A stretch of DNA of 64,000 bases from a bacterium (GCA_043820855.1 JBDRDK010000062.1:82-64081), one strand, 5' to 3'. Shown: positions 1-9,665, numbered from the stretch's first letter. The notes: generated from the letters alone by a model not told the origin. A program made the numbers and translations.

Positions 1-1188
1 CTTTCTGGTGATCTGCGTCACACCAACGGTATTTTACCAAATATGTTTTTGGCTCAGTCGCGTGGTTTTACAGAAATCTTTTTACCGAAAGTTAATGCAT
101 CTGAAGCAGCTTTGGTAGAAGGAGTAAAAATAATACCAGTACAAAACCTAAAAGAACTAATTTATCACCTAAAAGATGAAAGATTAATTCTAGCTCATAG
201 TAGCCAGAAAATTTCCGAGCATTTATACAACAAAGTTTACGAAGATGACCTCGCGTATGTTGCAGGGCAAGAACACGCCAAAAGAGCTTTGGAGATAGCT
301 GCAGCTGGGGGACATAATTTATTTATGAATGGGCCACCTGGTTCAGGTAAAACTCTTTTGGCTAGAGCTTTTGCATCAATACTACCGGAGATGACTGAGC
401 CAGAAATACTTGAAGTAACAAAAATCTATAGCGTAGCTGGAGTATTGCCTATGAATTCTCCAGTTATCTTTACCAGACCGTTTCGTTCACCACATCATAC
501 GGCAAGTGATATATCTTTGATTGGTGGTGGAACTTATCCATCGCCGGGTGAAGTTACTTTATCGCATAGGGGAGTATTGTTTTTAGATGAATTGCCAGAA
601 TTTGGTCGAAGTGTTCTTGAATCATTACGCCAACCTCTAGAAGATAGAGTTGTGACAATATCTAGAGCTAGTGGAACTTTGCAGTTTCCAGCAGATTTTA
701 CTATGGTAGCTGCTATGAATCCGTGTCCATGTGGATACTTTGGAGATCAAGAAAAAGATTGCATTTGTACTGCTAATCAAATTGCTAAGTACCGAAAAAA
801 GATATCTGGTCCCCTACTTGATAGGATCGATTTACATATAAAAGTACCAAGAGTAAAGTATGAAAAACTAGAGGAAGATAAACCTGGTGAGAGATCAGAA
901 ATTGTTCGAAAAAGAGTACAAAAAGCTCGAAATATTCAAATATCTAGATTTCAAGATCAAGAAAACGTGTATGCTAACGGAGATATGAAGGTAAGGCAGA
1001 TAAAGAAATATTGTAATTTAGATCAAGAGGGGGTAGGGTTGTTGCGATCAGCAGCAGAGAATCTAGCTTTATCTGCTCGTGCGTATCACCGAATCTTAAA
1101 AATTGCACGGACTATTGCAGATCAAGAAGAAAAAGAAAATATTAAAAATACTCATTTAGCTGAAGCTTTGCAATATAGAGCAGAATAA
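1..1188 (+). CDS. comM: Mg-chelatase-like AAA+ ATPase, ComM/YifB family (5' end lies outside the window)
   Basis: Frame 1 is open from base 1 (LSGDLRHTNGILPNMFLA...), so the tracked ATG at 43 is internal. Walker A GPPGSGKT, Walker B VLFLDELPEF, CPCGY cysteine insert and a C-terminal ChlI-like region are all present. Confidence 0.85.
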   Translation, partial: LSGDLRHTNGILPNMFLAQSRGFTEIFLPKVNASEAALVEGVKIIPVQNLKELIYHLKDERLILAHSSQKISEHLYNKVYEDDLAYVAGQEHAKRALEIAAAGGHNLFMNGPPGSGKTLLARAFASILPEMTEPEILEVTKIYSVAGVLPMNSPVIFTRPFRSPHHTASDISLIGGGTYPSPGEVTLSHRGVLFLDELPEFGRSVLESLRQPLEDRVVTISRASGTLQFPADFTMVAAMNPCPCGYFGDQEKDCICTANQIAKYRKKISGPLLDRIDLHIKVPRVKYEKLEEDKPGERSEIVRKRVQKARNIQISRFQDQENVYANGDMKVRQIKKYCNLDQEGVGLLRSAAENLALSARAYHRILKIARTIADQEEKENIKNTHLAEALQYRAE

Positions 1189-1226
1189 TTGATAATAAAG
1201 ATATATAAAATTATAAGGAGGTTTTT

Positions 1227-1901
1227 ATGGATTGGAAAAAAAGCTTTTCGTGGATATTAGTAATTATTTTATTAATAACTAATGGTATTATGGGATATTA
1301 TTTCTATCAATTAAAAAATGAATTAGACGATAGAACAACAACAATATTAGAATATGAGGAAGGAACTAGAACTAGCGGAGACCCTGATTCTTCTAGTGAT
1401 TCGGGAAATATAGATTTAAATAAATATTGGCAGAGGGTTACACTTAAAGACGTATATTCATTTGAATACCCAGCAGAGTGGTATATGTCGGATAGTCAAG
1501 ATAGAACGCTCTTGGGTTTTTGGGGAAGTTTTAAAAATGCAGACGCAGGAGAAGCTGGGATTGGTGCTACCGGGTATGTTAGATTTAGGCTGATTGAAGA
1601 AGAAGTAATTTCTGAAGAAGGGTTTAATAATTATATCGAAAGTTACAAAAACGACAACTGTAGCAATATATCAGAAGAACAAGATTTAACTATAAATGCT
1701 GCAAAAGCTAAAAAAATTGCATGTACAATTCCGGAAGATGGTTATCTTGGAGGAGGAAAGATCGTAGTTTATTTTATTTATGATGCCAGTGATAAAGGAA
1801 AAATAGGGATTTTTGATAATACGGTATTAACCGAACCTGAAGATTATGATAGTATTCTTTTAAATCTTGATAAAGTTACCAACAGCTTAGAATGGATATA
1901 A
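1227..1901 (+). CDS. hypothetical membrane-anchored protein (N-terminal TM helix plus extracytoplasmic domain)
   Basis: AGGAGG lies 7 nt upstream of the ATG. There is a hydrophobic helix WILVIILLITNGIMGYYF. I recognise no family motif. Confidence 0.6.
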   Translation: MDWKKSFSWILVIILLITNGIMGYYFYQLKNELDDRTTTILEYEEGTRTSGDPDSSSDSGNIDLNKYWQRVTLKDVYSFEYPAEWYMSDSQDRTLLGFWGSFKNADAGEAGIGATGYVRFRLIEEEVISEEGFNNYIESYKNDNCSNISEEQDLTINAAKAKKIACTIPEDGYLGGGKIVVYFIYDASDKGKIGIFDNTVLTEPEDYDSILLNLDKVTNSLEWI

Positions 1902-1928
1902 TATAAACTTTAACAAGCAATATAAAAA

Positions 1929-1951
1929 CAGCCCCAAGCGGGGCTGTTTTT
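1929..1951 (+). terminator. rho-independent terminator
   Basis: Stem CAGCCCC / GGGGCTG with loop AAGC, followed by TTTTT. Confidence 0.8.
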
Positions 1952-1977
1952 ATATATTATGTAATTTTTGTGACTAA

Positions 1978-2095
1978 TAACTTCGTCCAAAGTAAGTCAG
2001 ACTTTATCTGAGACGATCTAGTCTAGAGGACCATCGGCGGCCTTTTAGCTGTGAAGCCTCTGACTGAAATCACTAGTCACCAGTAACTATCTGAG
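1978..2095. repeat. GC-rich mosaic intergenic repeat (TAACTTCGTCCAAAG-type module with internal insertions)
   Basis: TAACTTCGTCCAAAG (1978-1992) is identical to 55476-55490. GACGATCTAGTCT and CTCTGACTGAAATCACTA match GACGATTAGTCT and CTCTGGCTGAAATAACTA at 55491-55520. A 7-bp stem joins 1995-2001 to 2059-2065. Confidence 0.7.
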
Positions 2096-2443
2096 CTATT
2101 TTTTGACTTCCTCGACAATTTTTTTGAAAACTTCTGGTTCTTCAGCTGCGAGGTGAGCGAGAATCTTGCGATCAAGTTCTATTTTTTTATCTTTTAAAAT
2201 TTTGATAAATTTACTGTAAGTTAGTTCTTGTTGTCTGAGTGCAGCATTAATTCTAGTAATCCATACTCTCCTGATTGTTCTTTTCTTTTGTTTTCTTCCT
2301 ATGTAAGCATTTGTACCAGCTTTAAGTAGGGCTTCTCGGGCTCTTTTTACACTAGCTCTGCGTGTATGGATCATACCGCGAGCTTCTTTTTTTAACTTTT
2401 TGTGCTTCTTCTTGGTAATAATACCGCGTTTTACTCGTGGCAT
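2096..2443 (-). CDS. rplT: 50S ribosomal protein L20
   Basis: MPRVKRG... at the N-terminus and a RRVWITRINAAL core. The gene starts 1 nt after the rpmI stop. Confidence 0.95.
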   Translation of the reverse strand: MPRVKRGIITKKKHKKLKKEARGMIHTRRASVKRAREALLKAGTNAYIGRKQKKRTIRRVWITRINAALRQQELTYSKFIKILKDKKIELDRKILAHLAAEEPEVFKKIVEEVKK

Positions 2444-2444
2444 T

Positions 2445-2639
2445 TTATGCTCCGATCATTTTTTTAACTTTTTTTTCATCTGCTTTGCTTATATCAGAAT
2501 ATCCTTGGTGACGACGTTTTCTACTGGTTCTCCGTTTTTCAAGTAGGTGACTTATAAAAGCGCTCCTACGTTTAAGTTTGCCGGTTTTAGTTATCCGGAC
2601 TCTCTTGGACATAGCTTTTTTGGTTTTAATTTTTGGCAT
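2445..2639 (-). CDS. rpmI: 50S ribosomal protein L35
   Basis: MPKIKTKKAMSKRVRITKTGKLKRR, a 64-aa basic protein. It sits in the classic infC-rpmI-rplT order. Confidence 0.93.
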   Translation of the reverse strand: MPKIKTKKAMSKRVRITKTGKLKRRSAFISHLLEKRRTSRKRRHQGYSDISKADEKKVKKMIGA

Positions 2640-2750
2640 AATTAGTAGTTTAAAAAATAATACCCTATTACAGTATCATATATATAGGCAAAATTCAAGA
2701 GGTATTATTAAGCTGATGAGCTGATAAACATATAAACGAGCAAGCTATTG

Positions 2751-2887
2751 TCACCCTGCGGGTGATCGTCCGTAGGACGAGAAAACAAATAGGGGCGTCA
2801 TTCTGGCAAATCCCGTATTGCGAGATGCGTCCAGAATCCATTCATAGATTCTGGAGTCGCTCCGCCAAGTCCGCTCCCCAGAATGAC
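2751..2887. repeat. cluster of GC-rich hairpins, including a nested-hairpin GTCATTCTGG...CCAGAATGAC element
   Basis: Hairpins TCACCC-TGC-GGGTGA (2751-2765) and TCGTCC-GTA-GGACGA (2766-2780). Outer 10-bp stem 2797-2806 / 2878-2887 encloses an inner hairpin CCAGAAT (2831-2837) / ATTCTGG (2848-2854). A second copy of the nested element lies at 62293-62359. Confidence 0.8.
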
Positions 2888-3001
2888 AAATAATACCAAT
2901 TTCCTTTTTCTTTTAACTTTTTTCTATTTTCCGAAGTTGGAATTTAGAAATTGGGTTTTGATTAGATCGATTCGTCATTAGAATAATTAGGAATTTTATG
3001 A

Positions 3002-3538
3002 CTATTTTGGTGCTATTAATACATCTATGAATTTGCCTTGTTTTTTTGCAGTGTTTTCAGTTTTACCTACTTCTAATAAATTTTCAATAAATTTATTAAT
3101 AGTTTGTATTGCTTTGGATACAAACATATTTTCTCTACCCCTAAGCATCATAGAAACTTTGACTTTGTGGCCAACTTTAAGAAATTTTTCAGCTCTTTTG
3201 GCTTTGATTTGTTGATCGTGCTCGCCGATCTTAAAGCTCAGGCGAATTTCCTTTGTATCAAGGGTTTTTGGTTTTTTCTGGTCTTGCTTTTTTTTATATT
3301 GATATTTTCCGAAATCCATAATGCGGCATACCGGAGGATTGGCGTTTGGAGATACTTCTACTAAATCTAGGTTTTTTTCTTCAGCCATTTCCATTGCTTT
3401 AGGGGTATCAAATTCACCGACTCTTTTTCCCGTGTCATCTATCAAAAAAATTCGCGGTACGCGGATTTGATAATTGATTCGTTTAAAATCTTTATCTCGA
3501 GTTTTCTGGAATTTGGATCGAAAATTGTTATTTATCAC
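3002..3538 (-). CDS. infC: translation initiation factor IF-3 (non-ATG start; 5' boundary approximate)
   Basis: INYQIRVPRIFLIDDTG, PPVCRIMDFGKYQY and KEIRLSFKIGEHD align to IF-3. There is no in-frame ATG between the upstream gene's stop (3585-3587) and the conserved core. GTG at 3538-3536 would give 178 aa; ATT at 3574-3572 is an alternative. The tracked ATG at 3694 lies inside the upstream gene. Confidence 0.85.
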   Translation of the reverse strand: MINNNFRSKFQKTRDKDFKRINYQIRVPRIFLIDDTGKRVGEFDTPKAMEMAEEKNLDLVEVSPNANPPVCRIMDFGKYQYKKKQDQKKPKTLDTKEIRLSFKIGEHDQQIKAKRAEKFLKVGHKVKVSMMLRGRENMFVSKAIQTINKFIENLLEVGKTENTAKKQGKFIDVLIAPK

Positions 3539-3584
3539 TGCTTTTAGTATAAATAATCGAAAACTTTTGTCAATCTTTATTAAT

Positions 3585-4391
3585 CTAACTAGTTTGTTTT
3601 TTGGTGATAATTTTGAGAGTAAGGTTAGCAATTCTGAATTTAGTTGGGGTTTTAGCGATAATTTCCTTTTCAGAAACAATTGGTACTGACACATCAGCTG
3701 AGACTTGTACTTCTTGAGCGTGAAATATGCTCAAGGATTTTTTGTCTTTTATTGTTTCAGATGTAAAAAGATTTAGCAGCCCGCTTGAAGTTTTTGCGTT
3801 TTTTGGCGGGATTACCACATCAATTTGGCCGTCATCCAAAGTTGATTTAATCACTTGTCCGCTTTCTGAATTTATCAAAGCATTAGTAATTACTAGATTA
3901 GAGGTTTTTGTTTGAGTTTGATACAATCCAAAATCAAGATTAAAGTTTGCTGTTTTTGATGAATAGCCTTCGTTGGTAAAGCCAGGTAAAAGCTCAACAT
4001 GAGTAAGGAAATAATAACCACCTTCAATCTCTGCCATATCTGACACTATTAGTTTTCTGGCTGGTAATATATCACAACCCTGTTGCCAATTTTGAATTCC
4101 CAATAGTTCTTTGAAAGTGCTTTTTGAGCTTGTTGGAATTATACCGAACGCAACTTTTGAATTTTGGGCTACTACACTAGCTACTTTATTAATAGTATTG
4201 TCGCCACCTACTGCAACTATAGTTGTGAATTTCTTGTCTAGGCCTTCTTGGGTTAATTCCTCAGGGCTCTGTACAGGATTAGCTTTTACTGCTTCTTTGA
4301 TAATCTTTAGATCTTCAAGTGTAGAGCGAATATGATCATGAAGACGACTTATTTGATTATTGCCTGGTTGTTCAAAAACAAAATAGTACAT
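3585..4391 (-). CDS. diacylglycerol/lipid kinase catalytic-domain-like protein (YegS/NAD-kinase-like fold)
   Basis: TTIVAVGGDNTINKV resembles the GGDGT nucleotide-binding motif. The length of 268 aa fits the family. Confidence 0.5.
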   Translation of the reverse strand: MYYFVFEQPGNNQISRLHDHIRSTLEDLKIIKEAVKANPVQSPEELTQEGLDKKFTTIVAVGGDNTINKVASVVAQNSKVAFGIIPTSSKSTFKELLGIQNWQQGCDILPARKLIVSDMAEIEGGYYFLTHVELLPGFTNEGYSSKTANFNLDFGLYQTQTKTSNLVITNALINSESGQVIKSTLDDGQIDVVIPPKNAKTSSGLLNLFTSETIKDKKSLSIFHAQEVQVSADVSVPIVSEKEIIAKTPTKFRIANLTLKIITKKQTS

Positions 4392-4429
4392 ATTTAATAA
4401 TTCAAAATATAAATTACAAAATTATTAAA

Positions 4430-4852
4430 TTATTTCTCTTCTACGGTTGGTTCCACTTCTTCAATGATTTCTTCTTCGTCAATATCTTTAGATTTATCGT
4501 CGGTGGCTTGGACTTGATCCATTTTGATTTGACCAGCTATAGCTCCACCTTTTTGGATAATTAAATTTTTTGTAATAATATCTCCGAGCACTCTACCTGA
4601 AGGAGCTACCTCTAAATCTTCTTTGGTGTCGATATTGCCCTGAACAGTGCCAGTAACTTTTGTGTTATTTGCTTTTATACCGCCCTCAATCAAAGCACCT
4701 TCACCAATCAATATATCACTTTTTGTTTGAATTTTTCCTTTGATCTTGCCGTTAATTTGGATATTGGTTTCACTCTTTAAGTTCCCGGTAAGAGTTACAT
4801 CAGATCCGATAATAGTGTTGTTACTTTCTTTCCCCTCTATTCCTTTAAACAT
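4430..4852 (-). CDS. bactofilin (polymer-forming cytoskeletal protein)
   Basis: Repetitive beta-helix pattern (TLTGNLKSETNIQINGKIKGKIQTKSDILIGEGALIEGGIKA...) followed by an acidic tail. GGAGG lies upstream of the start. Confidence 0.85.
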   Translation of the reverse strand: MFKGIEGKESNNTIIGSDVTLTGNLKSETNIQINGKIKGKIQTKSDILIGEGALIEGGIKANNTKVTGTVQGNIDTKEDLEVAPSGRVLGDIITKNLIIQKGGAIAGQIKMDQVQATDDKSKDIDEEEIIEEVEPTVEEK

Positions 4853-4995
4853 AATACCTCCATTTTTTTATTTGTTAATTTTAATATAACATATTATGAT
4901 AACATAACTAAACAAAAAAATTAATAAAAATTGTTTTATAGGTAAAATTTTGTATAATAAAAATAAGCAAATAAATTTACTAGAAAGGTGATAGT

Positions 4996-5979
4996 ATGGC
5001 AGACCAAAATTTTTCTAATGATTCAAATAATCAAATTGATCCGCTATTAACCTCTGACCCGTTAGCTGCTAAGACTGATGACGCTAGTGCGGACACTTCT
5101 CAAAATACCCCCATTCCTCTAATACAAGAATCACCGACGTCTTCCCCCTCAGCTGACACTGGATTTGCTACTACGTCACCTCCTGCGGCACCTGAACCAG
5201 CACCACCTGAATTAAATACTCCAACACCTTCAAGTAATAAGGTGACCACACCAGAAAATCAAGATGAGGCCCGTACTCGAGCAAATGAATTAATGGACCA
5301 GGGTAAATTTTCTGAGGCTGCAAAGATTTTAAAAGAAAGTGGCATTCATAAAACTAAAATTCCCAAACCCCAACCTCAAGAATCCAGTCAAGATACTTTA
5401 GACACAACTCCCTCTGTTTCAGAACCACCAACAGTACCAAATGAAGACCCAACAACTCAAACAACTGAACCTTCTATTACACCTACTCCCGTACCATCCG
5501 AACCAATGCCACCTGCCCCACAAGAAATTAGTCCAGAACCACCAACAATTTCAGAGCAACCTCAAGTTACAACTGACCAGCCTTTAAATGATCAGTCCTC
5601 GGATATTTCCTCACAACAATCAGTAGAACCTACACCAACTTCAATCACTGAAGATAAAATCCCACCACCTCCGGAGCAGCCAGAACCCCCCAAACCTACT
5701 CCACCTGGTAGTGATATGTTGAATGGGCAAGCAGTTCCAGAAGAAACACCCGATGATTATCTTAAAAAAGCTTATAATATTCGAAAAGGATTATTGGAAT
5801 ATGATCGTATTAAAGTAGCCGAAGAAGAAAAATTACAAGCAGCTGAAGAATTAGTTTTTGAGGGAAATAAAGAAAAAGCTATTGAAATATATAAGCAAGT
5901 AGCTCATGAAGCAGAAGAAAAACAAGAACAAGAAGTGGCAATTGAAGCTTATGAGCGTTTAGCTGCATTAACTAGATAA
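4996..5979 (+). CDS. Pro/Thr/Ser/Glu-rich low-complexity protein with helical, TPR-like N- and C-terminal segments
   Basis: A long open frame preceded by AAAGGTGA. Composition is strongly biased and I recognise no catalytic motif. Confidence 0.55.
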   Translation: MADQNFSNDSNNQIDPLLTSDPLAAKTDDASADTSQNTPIPLIQESPTSSPSADTGFATTSPPAAPEPAPPELNTPTPSSNKVTTPENQDEARTRANELMDQGKFSEAAKILKESGIHKTKIPKPQPQESSQDTLDTTPSVSEPPTVPNEDPTTQTTEPSITPTPVPSEPMPPAPQEISPEPPTISEQPQVTTDQPLNDQSSDISSQQSVEPTPTSITEDKIPPPPEQPEPPKPTPPGSDMLNGQAVPEETPDDYLKKAYNIRKGLLEYDRIKVAEEEKLQAAEELVFEGNKEKAIEIYKQVAHEAEEKQEQEVAIEAYERLAALTR

Positions 5980-5989
5980 ACACAAAAAA

Positions 5990-6020
5990 TAGCCCTTCGA
6001 CAAACTCAGGGCTATTTTTT
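5990..6020 (+). terminator. rho-independent terminator built around a TTCGACAAACTCAGGG repeat word
   Basis: Stem TAGCCC / GGGCTA followed by TTTTTT. The loop carries TTCGACAAACTCA, which recurs at 57192 with one mismatch. Confidence 0.75.
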
Positions 6021-6046
6021 ATTTATATTAATCAAAACCCAGTGGG

Positions 6047-6075
6047 TTGGCAAAATAAAAAGTTTATGTTATAAT
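6047..6075 (+). promoter_or_regulatory. sigma-70-like promoter for uvrA
   Basis: TTGGCA, 17 nt, TATAAT, with TGT immediately upstream of the -10 box. Confidence 0.5.
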
Positions 6076-6113
6076 TGGCAAGATTTCATAATTTATATCT
6101 GAAAGGTGAACGA

Positions 6114-8912
6114 ATGACCGATGAATTTATCGAGGTCCGCGGAGCTCGTCAACATAATTTACAAAATCTGAATATCAAAATTCCCAAAAATAAATTAGTA
6201 GTAATTACTGGTTTGTCAGGTTCGGGAAAATCATCTTTGGCTTTTGATACTATCTACGCCGAAGGCCAGAGACGATACGTAGAGTCCCTTTCAGCTTATG
6301 CTCGCCAATTTTTGGGTGTAATGGATAAGCCAGATGTAGATCAAATTTTAGGTCTATCGCCTTCAATCTCAATTGATCAAAAAAGTGCTGGGGGCAGTCC
6401 TCGTTCCACAGTCGGTACAATCACTGAAATTTATGACTATCTACGTCTATTGTATGCAAGAGTGGGCACACCGCATTGTTCGGAATGTGGTAAGAAAATT
6501 ACCAAGCAAACACCCGAACGAATTACAACCAAAATATATGATAGTTATTCAGACGGAACACGAGTAATAATTTTGTCTCCTTTAATAGAAGGCAGAAAGG
6601 GAGAGCATCAACATACTTTTGATAAAATTAAAAAAACTGGATTTGTACGTGTGAGGGTAGATGGAGTTGTGTCTGACTTAAGTGAAGTACCTTCTCTTGA
6701 TAAACAAAAAAAACATTCTATTGAAATTGTAATTGACAGATTGACTATTAAAAAAGTTGACCGAATTAGATTATCAGAGGCAGTTGAAAATGCTTTAAAA
6801 TGGGGCGAAGGTAGATTTTATATTCACGATATAAGTAAAAAACAAGATAAAGTTTTTTCTGAGCTTTTTGCTTGTTCGGATTGTGGAATATCTTTGTCTG
6901 AAATTGCTCCAAGATCTTTTTCTTTTAATAGTCCGTATGGAGCATGTGAAGACTGTACGGGTTTAGGTATTAAGCTATCTGTAGATCCGGAATTAGTAAT
7001 TCCCAATCAGAGACTTACTTTGGCAGAAGGTGCTATTCGTCCTTGGGTAAAGATGGCATCACGACTAACTTGGAATGAAAAAATACTTCGGGCCGTAGCT
7101 CGTGAAAATAAATTTTCAGTTGACGATGAAGTGGAAAATTTATCTGAAAAAACTTTACATATAGTTTTACATGGTACTGGAAGTCAAGAATATAATATTG
7201 ATGGGTATTTGACTAAATATGAAGGAGTAGTACCTAATCTTGAAAGAAGGTATAAAGAAACTGATTCTGATTTTATACGTAATGAGATCGAAAAATATAT
7301 GACTGAAAAGATCTGTCCGACTTGTGGAGGAAAAAGATTGAGACCAGAATTTTTATCGGTTTTGATTCAAGACAAATCAATTTCTGAAATATGTGAGATC
7401 CCGATAAATAAAGTTCAGAAAGTATTTTATAATCTCAAATTAAATCAAACTGAAAAACAGATTGCCAAACAAATCCTTTTAGAGATTAATAAACGATTAA
7501 AATTCCTGGATGATGTCGGGCTAGAATACTTAACCTTAGATCGCAGAACCTCCAGTTTGGCCGGAGGAGAAGCCCAGCGTATTAGGTTAGCTACTCAAAT
7601 TGGTTCTGGACTGTCAGGAGTTATTTACATCTTGGATGAGCCAACAATTGGCCTGCATCCAAGAGATAATTTAAGGTTAATCAGCACACTTAAAGCACTG
7701 AGAGATTTGGGTAATACTGTGATTGTGGTCGAGCATGATGAAGATATGATGCGAGCCGCTGATCACATTATTGACATTGGTCCAGGTGCTGGTAAACATG
7801 GTGGAAAAGTTGTATTTGAGGGATCATTTTCAAAGATAAAAAACAGTCATACTTCTACTGGACGATTTCTGACTGGAAAAGAAAAAATTGAAATTCCAAA
7901 AGTACGTCGTAAGGGTAATAATAAAATTCTAGAAATAAAAAAAGCTTCAGCTTATAACTTGAAAGATATTGATGTTCAGATCCCACTTGGTACGTTTACT
8001 TGTTTTACTGGCGTGTCTGGTTCTGGAAAAAGTAGTTTGGTTTTTGAAGTGCTGTCCAAAGCTCTGCGTAATAAATTTCACAGAGCTCAACTCATACCCG
8101 GTGAACATCAAGAGATTCTTGGAACTGAGAACTTAAATAAAGTGATTGTAATAGATCAATCACCTATTGGTAGAACACCAAGATCTAATCCTGCTACTTA
8201 TACCGGAGTATTTACTAAAATCCGTGAATTATTTGCACAGAGTCCAGAAGCTAAAATTCGTGGTTATAATGCCGGGAGATTTAGTTTTAATGTTCGAGGT
8301 GGAAGATGTGAAACCTGCGGAGGTGATGGAGTTAAGAAAATCGAGATGTTTTTCTTACCAGATGTATATATTCCTTGTGAGGACTGTAAAGGCAAAAGGT
8401 ACAATAGAGAGGCCTTAGATATACAATATAAAGGCAAAAATATCTCAAATATATTGGATATGACTATTGAGGAAGCGCTTAAATTTTTTAATAATATTCC
8501 GGCTATAAAAGAAAAATTAAAGATACTAAACGATGTAGGTCTCGGTTATCTGCATCTTGGTCAACCAGCTACGACCCTATCTGGAGGTGAAGCGCAAAGA
8601 ATAAAGCTTGCTTCTGAGCTATCTCGCAGAGATACTGGTCAAACTTTATATATTTTAGATGAGCCAACAACTGGTTTGCACTTCGCGGATATTAAAAAAC
8701 TTTTGACAGTATTAGTTAAACTAGTAGAAAAAGGTAACACAGTGCTTGTTATTGAACATAATTTACAGGTTATCAAGACCGCGGATTACTTGATTGATTT
8801 AGGACCCGAAGGTGGAGAAGGCGGAGGTGGGATAGTTGGGATCGGAACACCAGAAGATATTGCTAAAAATCATAAATCATATACAGGGCAATATCTCAAG
8901 AAAATTTTATAG
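6114..8912 (+). CDS. uvrA: excinuclease ABC subunit A
   Basis: Two ABC modules (GLSGSGKSS and GVSGSGKSS; LSGGEAQR occurs twice) plus CxxC zinc modules. The ATG at 6114 is preceded by AAAGGTGA, and [16 protein letters not shown] is the canonical N-terminus. Confidence 0.97.
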   Translation: MTDEFIEVRGARQHNLQNLNIKIPKNKLVVITGLSGSGKSSLAFDTIYAEGQRRYVESLSAYARQFLGVMDKPDVDQILGLSPSISIDQKSAGGSPRSTVGTITEIYDYLRLLYARVGTPHCSECGKKITKQTPERITTKIYDSYSDGTRVIILSPLIEGRKGEHQHTFDKIKKTGFVRVRVDGVVSDLSEVPSLDKQKKHSIEIVIDRLTIKKVDRIRLSEAVENALKWGEGRFYIHDISKKQDKVFSELFACSDCGISLSEIAPRSFSFNSPYGACEDCTGLGIKLSVDPELVIPNQRLTLAEGAIRPWVKMASRLTWNEKILRAVARENKFSVDDEVENLSEKTLHIVLHGTGSQEYNIDGYLTKYEGVVPNLERRYKETDSDFIRNEIEKYMTEKICPTCGGKRLRPEFLSVLIQDKSISEICEIPINKVQKVFYNLKLNQTEKQIAKQILLEINKRLKFLDDVGLEYLTLDRRTSSLAGGEAQRIRLATQIGSGLSGVIYILDEPTIGLHPRDNLRLISTLKALRDLGNTVIVVEHDEDMMRAADHIIDIGPGAGKHGGKVVFEGSFSKIKNSHTSTGRFLTGKEKIEIPKVRRKGNNKILEIKKASAYNLKDIDVQIPLGTFTCFTGVSGSGKSSLVFEVLSKALRNKFHRAQLIPGEHQEILGTENLNKVIVIDQSPIGRTPRSNPATYTGVFTKIRELFAQSPEAKIRGYNAGRFSFNVRGGRCETCGGDGVKKIEMFFLPDVYIPCEDCKGKRYNREALDIQYKGKNISNILDMTIEEALKFFNNIPAIKEKLKILNDVGLGYLHLGQPATTLSGGEAQRIKLASELSRRDTGQTLYILDEPTTGLHFADIKKLLTVLVKLVEKGNTVLVIEHNLQVIKTADYLIDLGPEGGEGGGGIVGIGTPEDIAKNHKSYTGQYLKKIL

Positions 8913-8930
8913 ATTTAATATTTATAATAC

Positions 8931-8964
8931 AAAAAACAGTCAACTTTCATTGACTGTTTTTTTT
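8931..8964. terminator. bidirectional rho-independent terminator shared by uvrA (+) and rnpB (-)
   Basis: Stem ACAGTCAA / TTGACTGT, flanked by an A-run on the left and a T-run on the right. Confidence 0.8.
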
Positions 8965-8966
8965 AT

Positions 8967-9338
8967 GCTTTGAACAGATTTTGGTAAGCCGAGTTCTGTC
9001 AATGAATAATCATTTATCTGGTCCCGATGTTGCCATCAGAATCAAGCAACGGGCTATCTATTAACCTTCAAGTCAAAAGTTGTTAATAAATATCCACCCC
9101 GTCTTGCACCTAGTAGGGTTTACCAACTTCATTTGTCACCAAATGAAGTTGTGGTCTCTTACACCACTCTTTTCACCTTTGCCTCTTAGCCTTTAGGGCC
9201 AAGATAGGCCGTATAGTTTCTGTGGCACTTTCCCTAGGGTTACCCCTGGTCGTAATTAACGACTACTATGACTTTATGGTGCTCGGACTTTCCTCTCCAA
9301 AAAAAATGGAGTGATTATTTTTCCGATCTGTTCAAAGC
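8967..9338 (-). ncRNA. rnpB: RNase P RNA, bacterial type A
   Basis: The reverse complement reads GCTTTGAACAGAT...GGAGAGGAAAGTCCGAGCACC...GGGTAACCCTAGGGAAAGTGCCACAGAAA...GGTGAAAAGAGTGGTGTAAGAGACCAC...GGTAAACCCTACTAGGTGCAAGAC...ACAGAACTCGGCTTACCAAAATCTGTTCAAAGC. The P4 strands, the other conserved blocks and the P1 pairing of both ends are all present. Confidence 0.93.
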
Positions 9339-9361
9339 AAAATTATTATACCTGATAAATC

Positions 9362-9390
9362 TTGATTTGTCAAGGTAAATTTGCTATAAT
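9362..9390 (+). promoter_or_regulatory. candidate sigma-70-like promoter upstream of tRNA-Gln
   Basis: TTGATT, 17 nt, TATAAT, with an extended -10 TGC. It lies about 80 nt upstream of the tRNA. Confidence 0.4.
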
Positions 9391-9470
9391 TCTATCTGTA
9401 TATTATTGAAAAAAGTTTCCATGTATTTGAATTTCGATATTTGAGCTTTGAAATTTGGATTTTGAATAAT

Positions 9471-9544
9471 TGGGGTATAGCCAAGCGGTAAGGCAACGGC
9501 CTTTGGCGCCGTGATCCTAGGTTCGAATCCTAGTACCCCAGCCA
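9471..9544 (+). tRNA. tRNA-Gln (anticodon UUG), CCA encoded
   Basis: Hand-folded cloverleaf. Acceptor TGGGGTA / TACCCCA with the U1-A72 pair typical of tRNA-Gln. Anticodon stem ACGGC / GCCGT with loop CTTTGGC. T arm CTAGG-TTCGAAT-CCTAG. Near-identical in outline to E. coli tRNA-Gln. Confidence 0.93.
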
Positions 9545-9665
9545 CCTGTTGGCATAAGAGCCAGACAGGTGCGTCCCGTAGCTTATGTTTCTAGAAATAA
9601 CAGGACATAGTCCGTTTTTCAAGAAAGTAAGATAATGGGACCAATACAAATATAAAATAAAGACT

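Noticed and set aside
3027-3689. Three plus-strand ORFs (3027-3215, 3104-3364, 3474-3689) of 62-86 aa.
   Set aside because: They lie antisense to the well-supported infC gene. Their sequences are low-complexity and hydrophobic, as is typical of shadow frames in AT-rich DNA, and they have no RBS.
3539-3694. A 5' extension of the infC ORF to the ATG at 3694, overlapping the upstream gene by 110 nt.
   Set aside because: The extension has no IF-3 homology and lies within the 3' end of the 3585-4391 gene. It is an artefact of taking the longest ORF.
6075-6113. TTG start for uvrA at 6075.
   Set aside because: The ATG at 6114 has a good RBS (AAAGGTGA) and yields the canonical UvrA N-terminus. Position 6075 overlaps the predicted -10 box.
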